From the NCBI GenBank assembly GCA_040771865.1, contig JAXGZF010000006.1, positions 62,001 through 126,000 of the forward strand: a stretch of 64,000 nt of DNA. Reading direction: 5' to 3'. The notes beneath the pieces are model-generated. The model was not told the DNA's origin. It saw only the letters and a program-made list of their open reading frames with translations, and made no database searches. The position numbers and the translations under genes were made by a program. Each line of letters opens with the position of its first letter. Positions within the stretch are counted from its first letter, which is position 1. Shown piece by piece: positions 34,215 to 43,193 of this stretch. Source of the DNA: Desulfobacterales bacterium. GTDB lineage: Bacteria; Desulfobacterota; Desulfobacteria; Desulfobacterales; UBA2245.

Positions 34215-34234
34215 CGGCCGAATGGAGGCGTTGA

Positions 34235-34519
34235 ATGGATTGGAAACTGCTGACCACCACCTTTGTCATGGTGTTTCTGGCCGAACTCGGCGATAAAACC
34301 CAGCTGGCGACTTTCTGCCTTTCGGCTGAATGCGAATCTTCCCGAATGATGGTCTTTCTTGGCTCCGCCGGGGCCCTGGTGGTCAGCTCCCTGATCGCCG
34401 TGCTGCTGGGAAACGTGGTGAACAGGCTGATTCCGGTAAACTGGATCAAGATCGCCGCCGGCCTGTTTTTTCTCATCATCGGCGCCTGGACGATTTATTC
34501 GGTCGTCAAAACCGCCTAG
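34235..34519 (+). CDS. TMEM165/GDT1 (UPF0016) single-domain membrane protein
   Basis: AELGDKTQ motif, three TM helices. Confidence 0.9.
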   Translation: MDWKLLTTTFVMVFLAELGDKTQLATFCLSAECESSRMMVFLGSAGALVVSSLIAVLLGNVVNRLIPVNWIKIAAGLFFLIIGAWTIYSVVKTA

Positions 34520-34545
34520 CCGAACCATTCGAGAAAAGAAAATTC

Positions 34546-34575
34546 AAGGCCCGGGGCATTTCCCGGGCCTGTTTG
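34546..34575 (+). terminator. Probable intrinsic terminator
   Basis: AGGCCCGGG...CCCGGGCCT followed by GTTT. Confidence 0.6.
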
Positions 34576-34670
34576 ATTTGATCCTGCCTGATGCGGTAAA
34601 CGATGGTGAACGCCATGACAAAGCCGATGAAGGAATGGGATGATCAGTTGCCCTGCGGAAAGGAAAAGCC

Positions 34671-35404
34671 ATGATGACCCTGCGTCTCTTTTCCCGGAAG
34701 TTTGAGTTTGTACCTGCAGCCACTTCCTGGTATCTCGCGGACCTTGGGGAGGCGCGAGGAAAGCAGGAATTGTTCGCCCGGCAATCCCCGCAACGTCTTA
34801 AGGCGCTTCGGGAACACGCCCTTATTGAAAGCGCCGTATCATCCAATCTGCATGAAGGAGTTGGCAGCGCTCTTTGACGAGGCCGTCAGAGAACGCAAAA
34901 TTCCACCGCTTGTGCTTTAATCTGGATTTTCTCTGCATACATCCATTCCGAGACGGAAACGGGCGTGTTTCGCGCCTCCTTCTGCTTTTGCAATGCTGCC
35001 ATCTGTGGCTGGAGGTCGGCCGATACATCAGCCTGGAGCGCTTCATCGAACAGAACAAGGAACGATATTACGAAACCCTGGAGCAAAGCTCCCAGGGCTG
35101 GCACGAGGGAAAACACGACCCGTGGCCATACATCAATTACATTCTTTTCATCATCAAGATGGCATATCGTGAGTTTGAGCAGCGCGTCGGTCAGCTTCAA
35201 AGCCCCAGGGGCGAAAAAACCGGTCTTGTTATTCAAGCTATCGATAAGGCTTTCGGCACTTTCAGTGTGGCCGAACTACAAAACAGGTGCCCAAATGTCA
35301 GCGCAGACATGATCCGCCGTGTTTTGAAAAACCTGAAAGCGAAAAATGAGGTGGAATGTCTGGGGCGCGGCCAGAACGCTCGATGGCGAAAAACTGCCAG
35401 GTGA
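34671..35404 (+). pseudogene. Fic family protein pseudogene (internal deletion and frameshifts)
   Basis: N-terminal part (..ALIESAVSSN), a middle fragment (KELAALFDEAVRERKIPPLVL) and the HPFRDGNGRVSR part fall in different frames. Confidence 0.85.
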
Positions 35405-35452
35405 CAATTAGGTAATATCGAATTAATTGGGTAGCGAATTAGGTAATAACAA

Positions 35453-35582
35453 ATGACGCCAAAAGAATGCAGGCGCCTGGCTGAAGCCTGCTTTCCCATT
35501 GCGGTGGTTTCAAAGCATTCGGCGATGGAGAAGTCCATCCGTCTATACTCCATCTGCGGTGGGCGAGGCGGCCGCCTGCGGA
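35453..35582 (+). pseudogene. DUF1156-type adenine methyltransferase, N-terminal remnant
   Basis: MTPKECRRLAEACFPIAVVSKHSAMEKSI then, in a shifted frame, PSILHLRWARRPPA, matching the recalled DUF1156 motif LHLWWARRP. Confidence 0.75.
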
Positions 35583-35758
35583 TATACTGGGCCACATATC
35601 CCGGGTCTGATGATCAGCCCGTCCATTCTCCCGGCTGATTCGAAGCGACACCGACACGGGAAAGGTGATCATTCTGAATTCGCGCTACCGGGAATCCGGG
35701 TGATTTCCGCTTTTTTAATGGAGTTTCGGCGCATTGTATGGACCCAACAGGAGAATTG

Positions 35759-35815
35759 ATCAATATACCAATACCCGTCCTCGAGTCTCCATGTCAATAT
35801 ATCAATGCCCGTCCC
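35759..35815 (+). repeat. REP-like repeat, copies 1 and 2 (consensus TCAATATAYSAATRCCCGTCC)
   Basis: Copies at 35759-35782 and 35791-35815; further copies at 36032-36057 (direct) and 38022-38047 (inverted). Confidence 0.8.
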
Positions 35816-35845
35816 AGAGATGCCCAGAGATGCCACGTCCCAGAG

Positions 35846-36028
35846 ATGCCAAGGACGCGAAAATTCGGAATTGACGCCGCGGAAGCCTTGCACCGCATTA
35901 TTTTTCACGGAACCGAGCGCCGCAAAACTTTCGTGAAGCGCATTGCAGTTCAAAGCAAACGGGTCAACCAACCGGTCAATCAGGTCGAAAGAATCGTAAA
36001 AGACATGGGCCTCATGGCTCCGAAATGA
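35846..36028 (+). pseudogene. Internally deleted RAYT-like (Y1/HUH) transposase remnant
   Basis: MPRTRKFGIDAAEALHRIIFHGTERRKTF resembles the RAYT N-terminus (MPRxxRIDxPGALHHxxxRGxERRxIF), fused to a C-terminal-like tail; HUH and Tyr core absent. Confidence 0.65.
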
Positions 36029-36031
36029 TTC

Positions 36032-36110
36032 ATGTCAATATACCAATGCCCGTCCCCGATATGCCCCCCGATATGCCCGTCCCCGATATGCCCGTCCCCG
36101 ATATGCCCGT
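36032..36110 (+). repeat. REP-like copy 3 with a 15-bp tandem stutter (ATGCCCGTCCCCGAT)n
   Basis: About four tandem units at 36046-36110, one shortened. Confidence 0.85.
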
Positions 36111-36401
36111 AAGACCAACGGTTTTGTGGAACGCTTCAATCGCACAGTCCTGGACGAATTCTTTCGAACCGCTTTCCGGAAAAAGTTCTATGAGTCGGTG
36201 GACGTACTACAGACGGATCTTGACGTATGGCTCCACTATTACAACTATGAAAGACCGCATCGCGGATATCGCAACATGGGAAGAAGACCTATTGAAACCT
36301 TCGAACAGGGAAAAATCCGCCTGAAGAAACTCCTTCCGGACGCGGCCTGATCGACGGTAGCTCGAGAGGACAAACTGTCCGGGAGGTTATTGACTTTTAC
36401 A
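36111..36401 (+). mobile_element. IS481-family element, 3' fragment with right end
   Basis: KTNGFVERFNRTVLDEFF...YNYERPHRG integrase-core tail; ends ACTGTCC...TTTACA, the IS481-type ACA terminus. Confidence 0.8.
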
Positions 36402-36409
36402 ACTAAACT

Positions 36410-36528
36410 GTTACCCTCAGATTTGCACTTGCCTTCGGATAGTATTTATGGTTCTGTCATTTTGACAGTACCTGGGTTCAAATACAGGGACTTTCACCCC
36501 ATAAGATCCTCCCATGCCGGATGTACAC
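36410..36528 (-). mobile_element. Group IIC intron 5' (domain I) remnant
   Basis: Minus strand GTGTACATCCGGCATGGGAGGATCTTATGGGGTGAAAGTCCCTG...TATCCGAAGGCAAG...AATCTGAGGG resembles class C intron 5' ends; no RT ORF. Confidence 0.7.
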
Positions 36529-36821
36529 AAAAAGTACTGCCATTTTGCAGGGGGAGGCGTTTTTTACTTGACCAGCCCTTTAATGGGTGACACCCAATCG
36601 CCTTTCAATAGCGAGCATTTCGGGGGTGGGATGTAATCTGCCTTCCGATAACAAGACTTAGACATTTAGAGGTGGCCGTGATATCGTTGGAAGGCCGTGG
36701 TTCACCCGTGAATATGTTCTTTATTGCCATACAAACACAATATATTAGTGCTTCACAGGTGGATTTTTTTGCACAGTGTCAAAAAAAGTTGACAAGCCAA
36801 CTGATTTTATATGACAAGAAG

Positions 36822-36841
36822 TGGTTCCGCGTATGGAACCA
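36822..36841. promoter_or_regulatory. Palindromic operator upstream of hicAB
   Basis: TGGTTCC-N6-GGAACCA between a TTGACA hexamer (36789) and the hicA ATG. Confidence 0.55.
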
Positions 36842-36849
36842 TGGTTCGC

Positions 36850-37112
36850 ATGGGAAAAACAGAAAAGCTCTACCAGAAAGCGATAAGGTCTCCAAAAATT
36901 TTTTATTTCGAGACCTTTGTTTGTTAGTTGAAAGGGTTGGCTTTGAACTGAGAAAAACGAGTAGTGGGACAAGCCGCAGGTTCTATCGTCACTCCCTTAT
37001 AATGGAGCCAATAAACTTCAAGCCATGAGAGACAGCAAACTGGCGAAACCTATCGGTCCAGCAGGTTTTAGATATTATAGACCAATACGACTTGATCGAA
37101 GGTGATATATGA
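36850..37112 (+). pseudogene. hicA: HicA-like toxin pseudogene
   Basis: MGKTEKLYQKAIRSPK / LFRDLCLLVERVGFELRK..GTS..FYRH / ..AKP.QVLDIIDQYDL across frameshifts; ATGA overlap with the next gene. Confidence 0.7.
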
Positions 37113-37508
37113 ATAAATATTCTATTAATGTGCAATGGAGCAAGAAGACGAATGCTTTGTCGCCTTAGTTCCTGAGTTCCCAACACTAAGCGCATTCGGT
37201 GAAACACGGGAAGAAGCCCTTGCTGAGGCTAAGGTTGCACTGCAAGGGATTCATCGATATCTATCAGGCAGACGGCTTGCCTTTGCGGGAGCCCAAATGT
37301 GTCCCCTCCCATAGCGGTCAACTTCGTATCAGGATTCCAAAGACTCTTCATGGCGAACTTGCCAAAGAAGCGAGAAAGGCAGGGCGTTTCCCTGAACTCC
37401 CATATAATCTATCTGCTTTCGGAAAAAAATATTTCGTCACATATCGAGCAACAACTGAAATCTATTGATTCTCAAATTTGGCCGTTTGTTGCTCTCAGGA
37501 ATTCCTGA
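37109..37508 (+). pseudogene. hicB: HicB-like antitoxin pseudogene
   Basis: MNKYSINVQWS / FVALVPEFPTLSAFGETREEALAEAKVAL / SGQLRIRIPKTLHGELA / GVSLNSHIIYLL; at least 3 frameshifts; 3' end approximate. Confidence 0.8.
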
Positions 37509-37592
37509 GCAGAAAGCTGAATCAGCAAGGACAAATTTATAAACGCTGGATGCAACCGGGAGAAGTCGAAACCTGTTGTGGAACCTGCTAAC

Positions 37593-37991
37593 ATGAAAAT
37601 AGCAAAAAAAACTTATATCATATTTTGTGATGATGTCAGGAAGAGCTTGGCAATAAGCTGTCTCTGATGGGGGTTTATTCAGGCCAGATTATTCTTCCGA
37701 TGGTTCCTCAATTTTTAAGAACCTTCTGCATTGTCGTTTTTTGAAGAACTAAAAAGAATTTCAAAAGTTCAAAATTGTCTTTACCCTTCCCGGAGCCAAG
37801 CCTATTGAAGTTTCAGGTACGCCACTTTTCCTAAAGCACACAAAAAATATGAATAAGTATTTGGGCTTACTCATTTAAAGATTGAAAACGCCGGTATGGC
37901 GTCAGCAAAACTCTTTGTTGATGACGCTAAAAGGCCAGAAATTGAATGCGGTATTGAAGTAGTCGTAGGCCAAACACCTATTGGCAAATAA
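37593..37991 (+). pseudogene. DUF6941-like hypothetical protein pseudogene
   Basis: IIFCDDVR / ELGNKLSLMGVYSGQI motif split by frameshifts; family name recalled from memory. Confidence 0.55.
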
Positions 37992-38002
37992 CAAAATCCC
38001 CT

Positions 38003-38047
38003 CGGGCATTTGGGATTGACTGAGGACGGGCATTCGTATATTGATAT
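38003..38047 (-). repeat. Inverted REP-like copies 4 and 5
   Basis: Reverse complement of 38022-38047 is ATATCAATATACGAATGCCCGTCCTC; degenerate copy GTCAATCCCAAATGCCCG at 38003-38020. Confidence 0.75.
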
Positions 38048-38364
38048 GGAAATCTTACTAAGCCGATTATAAGTGTATGGACGATATTTTCAAGCTTCGA
38101 GTACATTTAAATACAATAATATCAAGTATTTAAACAAACTACATGTCTATAAACTTATGATCTCCTTAGTAATCCCAGATGATCGTGTATAAATCCATTG
38201 CGGGCAGCGGTTTGAGAATGACGGTATCTTTTCAACCGTCGCTTTGCTTTGTATGAGATCGACACGCAACCCGTGGGATTTAACGTACACAAAAATATAA
38301 ATTGCCGTTTGCGCTTCAATTTCAGAGCGAATTGTTTGCCGCGTCGTATGGCAATGCTCACCGC

Positions 38365-38877
38365 TTAATCTTCCAGAAAGAAGCGCCACCTGCAGAACAT
38401 CTCCTCGGGGTGCGGGTCGGGAGGCGCAAAGCAGCATTCAACCCGGATGCGGCCGTCCACGGCATGGGCAAAGCTTTCGAATTCCTTCTGGTGCATGTAC
38501 TTGCACACATACTCGCCAAGCCCTCTTTTCAGCCTGGCAGCCTGGGTGGGGCAGGAGGGCACGGTGAGGATCACCTCATCCTTGAATTCCTGAATCTTAT
38601 ATCCGACCAGAATGTGCCAGGGGAAAAATTTCAGGGCCTTCACAAAGCCCTTCAGACCCCTTTCCCGAATGTCAAACCGCTCCATCAGGTCGGATGCCGC
38701 CATGCCGGCCACGCGGCCCCACACCTGTTCGTTGATTTTCTCGGCCGTGGGCTGGTCAAAGCGCTCGTTCACATAGATGAACCAGAAGGCGTCCATGACC
38801 CGGTAGTGCCGGAGCAGGAATTCGATATATGTTCTCAGCTCCGGCGCTTCCATGTTCTGAAAAATCTTCATGTCCAT
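38365..38877 (-). CDS. DUF6125-like hypothetical protein
   Basis: DAFWF..V.ERF, CPTQ.AR.K.GL.EY.CK, C.FAPPD.HP...FCRWRF. Confidence 0.7.
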   Translation of the reverse strand: MDMKIFQNMEAPELRTYIEFLLRHYRVMDAFWFIYVNERFDQPTAEKINEQVWGRVAGMAASDLMERFDIRERGLKGFVKALKFFPWHILVGYKIQEFKDEVILTVPSCPTQAARLKRGLGEYVCKYMHQKEFESFAHAVDGRIRVECCFAPPDPHPEEMFCRWRFFLED

Positions 38878-39320
38878 CAGGCCTCTCCTGTTTCAGCCGG
38901 AACGCTTTTTATCCGGTTCCAGGCGATATGATACTTTTTCATCCGTTCCACATCCCGGTCCTTGATTTCGTGAAGCCTGAGCAGGTTGATGTTGTCTTCC
39001 AGATCGGCCTTTTTGACCTTGCGGGCGATTGGATTTTTTGCCGCGCGCTCGATAAAATCCTCGTAGGATTCGTTTTCCTGCCGGGTCAGGCTCAGCACCG
39101 CCTCGACGACTTCCGGGAGAATGCCTTCCTTTCGAAGGTCTTCGGCCGTAAGGCTCGAATCCTCCAGCACGTCGTGCAGAAGCGCCGCCGACATTCCGAT
39201 CTCGGAGTCCATTTTCAGCATCATGCGGATCGGATGCAGTACATAGGGCCATCCGGCCTTGTCTTTCTGCCCCGCATGCGCTTTCAGGGCGATTTTCAAT
39301 GATTGTTCGATCAGGTTCAT
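38877..39320 (-). CDS. Stand-alone HD-domain protein (RelA/SpoT hydrolase-like)
   Basis: [37 protein letters not shown] overlap with the downstream gene. Confidence 0.85.
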   Translation of the reverse strand: MNLIEQSLKIALKAHAGQKDKAGWPYVLHPIRMMLKMDSEIGMSAALLHDVLEDSSLTAEDLRKEGILPEVVEAVLSLTRQENESYEDFIERAAKNPIARKVKKADLEDNINLLRLHEIKDRDVERMKKYHIAWNRIKSVPAETGEA

Positions 39321-39554
39321 GGTCAACGGTCTCGCAATACGCCAAAGGGTGGAACCCGCCGGCACCCGGTAATTTTGAGGTCATGACGGCGGAAAGCTGA
39401 TTTTTAAACGCCGCAATTCCAGCCGTCAAGCAAAAACAGGGTTGCATCCTGAAAGAAATTCTTTATATAACCTCTTGAAAGAACATCCGGCGCGGAATGC
39501 TTTTCCGGTTTTTTCGTCCGGCATCGCTACTTCCGCCAGTAAAGGAGAGAAATC

Positions 39555-41135
39555 ATGCACGTCACCTTTTACGGAGCAGCCCGTGAGGTCACCGGCTCCA
39601 TGCATATGCTGTCCACGGAAACCGACCATGTGCTTTTCGACTGCGGCATGTTTCAGGGACGCAGAAAGCAGAGCGAGGAGAAAAACCGCGTTATTCCCTT
39701 TGATCCGGCGCTAGTCACCAACATTCTCCTCTCTCACGCCCACATCGATCATTCCGGCAGAATCCCCCTGATGACCAAGAATCATTTTCCCGGACGCGTC
39801 ATCACCACGCGGGCCACGGTGGATGCCTGCAACTATCTGCTTCTGGATTCGGCGCACATTCAGGAATCCGATTCGCAATACCTCAACTACAAAACCGTCC
39901 GCAATCTGTTGATGGAAATAAAGGGCGGCGGCTCAGGGCAATCCGTATCCAAGGCCGAGGGGAAAAAGATTCGGGAACTTCTCAAAAAAGACCGCAACGA
40001 GCTCAACGCCGAGGCCATCAACGAAATGATTGCAAAATACCGGCTTCAGGGGGTTGATCCGCTTTATACGGTCTTTGACGCGGAACATGCGCTGAGCTTT
40101 TTTGACGGATATCCCTATCGGACACCGGTGACCGTTGGCCAGAAAATGAGCTGCACCTTTTACGAGGCCGGCCATATTCTCGGATCGGCCTTCAGCATCG
40201 TCAAGGCCCGGGAAAACGGCAACTGCTGCAACATCGGCTTTACCGGCGATATCGGACGCTTCGACAAGCCCATCTTAAAAAACCCCACCCTGAATTTCGA
40301 GGAATCCGATCGCGATCTGGATCTTCTGATCATGGAGAGCACCTACGGAAACCGTCTTCATGAACCCACGGTCGAGCTCAAGCCCCAGCTGAAAAAGGTG
40401 GTGCTCGATACCTATGACCGGCGCGGAACGATTCTGATTCCCTCTTTTGCCTTCGGCCGGACCCAGGAACTGCTCTACGTGCTGCACGAGCTCTACGCCT
40501 CCGGGGAAACGCCCAAACTTCCGGTTTATGTGGACAGCCCTCTGGCCGTCAATCTGACGAAGGTTTTCGGAGAGCACCCCGAACTCTATGACCGGGAAGC
40601 CCATGAAACATTTCTGGAACAGGGCGTAAACCCCTTTTCCTTCCGGCAGATCACTTTCGTGACCTCGGTGGAGGAGTCCATGGCCCTGATGCGCGAAGAA
40701 AAGCCCCATATCGTCATCTCCGCATCCGGAATGTGCGAGGCCGGGCGGATCCTGCACCACCTTCGGTACAAGATTCACAACCCCAGAAACACCATTCTGA
40801 TTGTCGGATACATGGCGGAAAACACGCTTGGCCGCAGAATTCTCGAACAGGGAGATGTCTACGAGAAGTCGGGAAGAAACGGGGCAGCGCCCCTGCTGAA
40901 GTTTCTCAACAAGGTCTATCCGCTCAAAGCCCACGTGGCCAAGATCGGAGGGTTCAGCGCCCACGCCGACAAAAATGAAATGCTGCGCTTTCTGGCCGAA
41001 TCCAACCTGCGCATCAAGAAGATCGCCGTGGTGCACGGAGAGGAGGATCAGGCCCTGGCCTTTGCCGAGACGCTGCGCCAGAAAGGATATGCCGTCGTTG
41101 TGCCCAAAACCGGCGAAACGCTTCAAATCCGATAG
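39555..41135 (+). CDS. MBL-fold / beta-CASP ribonuclease-like protein
   Basis: SHAHIDHSG, AGHILGS, ESTYG, FSAHAD, VHGE. Confidence 0.92.
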   Translation: MHVTFYGAAREVTGSMHMLSTETDHVLFDCGMFQGRRKQSEEKNRVIPFDPALVTNILLSHAHIDHSGRIPLMTKNHFPGRVITTRATVDACNYLLLDSAHIQESDSQYLNYKTVRNLLMEIKGGGSGQSVSKAEGKKIRELLKKDRNELNAEAINEMIAKYRLQGVDPLYTVFDAEHALSFFDGYPYRTPVTVGQKMSCTFYEAGHILGSAFSIVKARENGNCCNIGFTGDIGRFDKPILKNPTLNFEESDRDLDLLIMESTYGNRLHEPTVELKPQLKKVVLDTYDRRGTILIPSFAFGRTQELLYVLHELYASGETPKLPVYVDSPLAVNLTKVFGEHPELYDREAHETFLEQGVNPFSFRQITFVTSVEESMALMREEKPHIVISASGMCEAGRILHHLRYKIHNPRNTILIVGYMAENTLGRRILEQGDVYEKSGRNGAAPLLKFLNKVYPLKAHVAKIGGFSAHADKNEMLRFLAESNLRIKKIAVVHGEEDQALAFAETLRQKGYAVVVPKTGETLQIR

Positions 41136-41291
41136 ATCGAATCCCAGCCGCCGCTCGAACCGTCAAGACATGAAACGCCTTTTCAAAGGACGGTTGTCGG
41201 CTTGAATTCGCCGGCCCGCTTGACTTGGCGGCACATTTTTTCTTATAATTCAAATAAGTTTCAGCACCCTGTTAAAGCGCCGGGAGAAATC

Positions 41292-41435
41292 ATGGATAAG
41301 AAATCCAGCCGAATCGCCTTTGGAACGATGATCTTCTTTCTGATCCTTCTGATTGTCGGAATTCACATGAACGATGTGGCCGTGGTGCTGAACAAGGCCG
41401 TTCGCATCTGCCTCGACTGCATGGGAATCGGGTGA
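41292..41435 (+). CDS. Small membrane protein with C-terminal CxxC (CD1871A-like)
   Basis: One TM helix plus KAVRICLDCMGIG, directly before a polyferredoxin membrane protein. Confidence 0.8.
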   Translation: MDKKSSRIAFGTMIFFLILLIVGIHMNDVAVVLNKAVRICLDCMGIG

Positions 41436-41439
41436 ATTC

Positions 41440-42318
41440 ATGCTGAGAAGATGGATACAGATCGCGGCCGTTTTCCTGAGCAACGCCAGCTGGAAGTTCC
41501 CTTTCACCCGGAATATCTATCGGGGGGAACTCAAAGCCCTCTGCACGCCGGGGCTGAACTGCTATTCCTGCCCGGCTGCCACCGGCGCCTGCCCCCTGGG
41601 CGCCATTCAGAATTTCATGGGTTCCGTTCGGCCCTCCTTCAAATCCGGACATTTCCATCTGGGGCTTTACGTGATCGGATTTCTGGGATTCATCGGCAGC
41701 ATCGCCGGCCGCATGCCCTGCGCCTGGTTGTGCCCCTTCGGTTTCCTGCAGGAACTGATTCACAAGATTCCTTCGCGAAAGTTCGCGATTCCAAAGGTTC
41801 TGACCTACGGGAAATACGTGTTTCTGGCCCTGTTCATATTCATTCTGCCCCTGATGGCCGTGGATGAGTTCGAATACGGCGCGCCCTGGTTCTGCAAATA
41901 CGTCTGCCCGGCCGGCACTCTGGAAGCGGGCCTGCCCCTGATGGCGCTCAAGCCGGCGCTGAGGGAGATGATCGGATGGCTCTTTTACAGCAAGCTGTTC
42001 TGGCTGGGTCTGATTCTGATCTGGATGGTGCTTTCCAAAAGGCCCTTCTGCCGGACGGTCTGCCCGCTGGGCGCGATTTATTCCCTGTTCAACCGGATCA
42101 GCGTCTTCAAGATGGTGCATCATCCGGACCAATGCACCCGCTGCGAGGCCTGCTACCGGGGTTGCCCGATGGGCATCAAATTCTACGAGGGACCCAATCA
42201 GACCGATTGCATTCGGTGTCTGAAATGCCTGAACGAGTCCTGCAAATTCGGCGCGATCTCCTATTCCCTGGAAGGGCTTACCCCCAAACGGACGGTCAGG
42301 GTCAGGACAACGGAGTGA
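41440..42318 (+). CDS. 4Fe-4S binding membrane protein (NapH/MauN-like)
   Basis: LNCYSCP, CAWLCPFG, FCKYVCPAG, CTRCEACYRGCP, CIRCLKC. Confidence 0.88.
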   Translation: MLRRWIQIAAVFLSNASWKFPFTRNIYRGELKALCTPGLNCYSCPAATGACPLGAIQNFMGSVRPSFKSGHFHLGLYVIGFLGFIGSIAGRMPCAWLCPFGFLQELIHKIPSRKFAIPKVLTYGKYVFLALFIFILPLMAVDEFEYGAPWFCKYVCPAGTLEAGLPLMALKPALREMIGWLFYSKLFWLGLILIWMVLSKRPFCRTVCPLGAIYSLFNRISVFKMVHHPDQCTRCEACYRGCPMGIKFYEGPNQTDCIRCLKCLNESCKFGAISYSLEGLTPKRTVRVRTTE

Positions 42319-42327
42319 AATGTCAAG

Positions 42328-42365
42328 TTGAGAGCCGCCGGGCTTGTCGACCCGGCGGCTCTCAA
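42328..42365. terminator. Bidirectional terminator hairpin
   Basis: TTGAGAGCCGCCGGG / CCCGGCGGCTCTCAA perfect 15-bp inverted repeat between convergent genes. Confidence 0.8.
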
Positions 42366-42373
42366 ATCTCAAA

Positions 42374-43105
42374 TCAGGGTTTTTCCCCGTTCTCTTTCGG
42401 CTGAATCGAGATCAGTTCCACTTCGAAAATCAGGCACGAGTTCGGAGTGATGTCCGGCCCCGCGCGGCGCTCGCCGTAGGCCAGGGCCGGCGGAATAAAA
42501 AGCTGCCACTTGGACCCTTCCTTCATAAGCTGAAGGGCCTCGGTCCAGCCGGGAATTACCCCCTTGACCGGAAAGGTGGCCGGTTCGCCGCGTTTATAGG
42601 AGCTGTCGAATTCCTTGCCGTCTAGCAGGGTGCCTCGGTAGTTGACGGTCACCATGTCATTTTCGCCGGGAATTTTGCCGGTTCCTTCGACGAGAACCTT
42701 GTACTGAAGACCGCTGGGCAGGGTGACGACGCCTTCCTTTTTGGCGTTTTCAGCCAGAAAGGCATCGCCCGCCAGCTTGTTTTTTTCGGCAAGCTCCTTC
42801 ATTTTGGCTTCCTGTCTGGCCTCCATTTCCTGCTGAAAATTCATCAGGGTAGTCTGAGCTTCCTCTTCGGTCATCAGGGTCGGGCCGCCGGCCAGCACAT
42901 CCTTTATTCCCTGGGCGAGAATATCGGGGTTCACGTCGAACTCCTGTCGGGAGAAGTTCCGGCCGATATTCATGCCGATTCCATAACTGACCTTGTCCTT
43001 GGGGCTGCTCAGTTCAGCTTTTTTCACCTCGGCCTTCTTTTCTTCGGCCGAACAGCCGATGGTTACCAGGAAGACCGCCAGAACCGCACAGAGAATTCGT
43101 TTCAT
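42374..43105 (-). CDS. FKBP-type peptidyl-prolyl isomerase (FkpA/Mip-like)
   Basis: SYGIG, LPSGLQY, YRGTL.DGKEFDSS, VIPGWTEAL. Confidence 0.93.
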   Translation of the reverse strand: MKRILCAVLAVFLVTIGCSAEEKKAEVKKAELSSPKDKVSYGIGMNIGRNFSRQEFDVNPDILAQGIKDVLAGGPTLMTEEEAQTTLMNFQQEMEARQEAKMKELAEKNKLAGDAFLAENAKKEGVVTLPSGLQYKVLVEGTGKIPGENDMVTVNYRGTLLDGKEFDSSYKRGEPATFPVKGVIPGWTEALQLMKEGSKWQLFIPPALAYGERRAGPDITPNSCLIFEVELISIQPKENGEKP

Positions 43106-43193
43106 GAAAGCATCCTTTCGAAAAGTTAACAGCAAATTTGCTTTTGTTTACTCCTGCGCGGAACCGTTGTCAATGAGGGCGCTGAATTTCAAA

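Noticed and set aside
36046..36110. Tandem repeats as a CRISPR array, or the Pro-rich ORF 36025-36324 as a gene
   Set aside because: The units are contiguous without unique spacers and there are no cas genes; the ORF is a by-product of the repeat.
38147..38361. Short ORFs or a possible IS end between the island and the DUF6125-like gene
   Set aside because: No motif, RBS or matching inverted end could be established.
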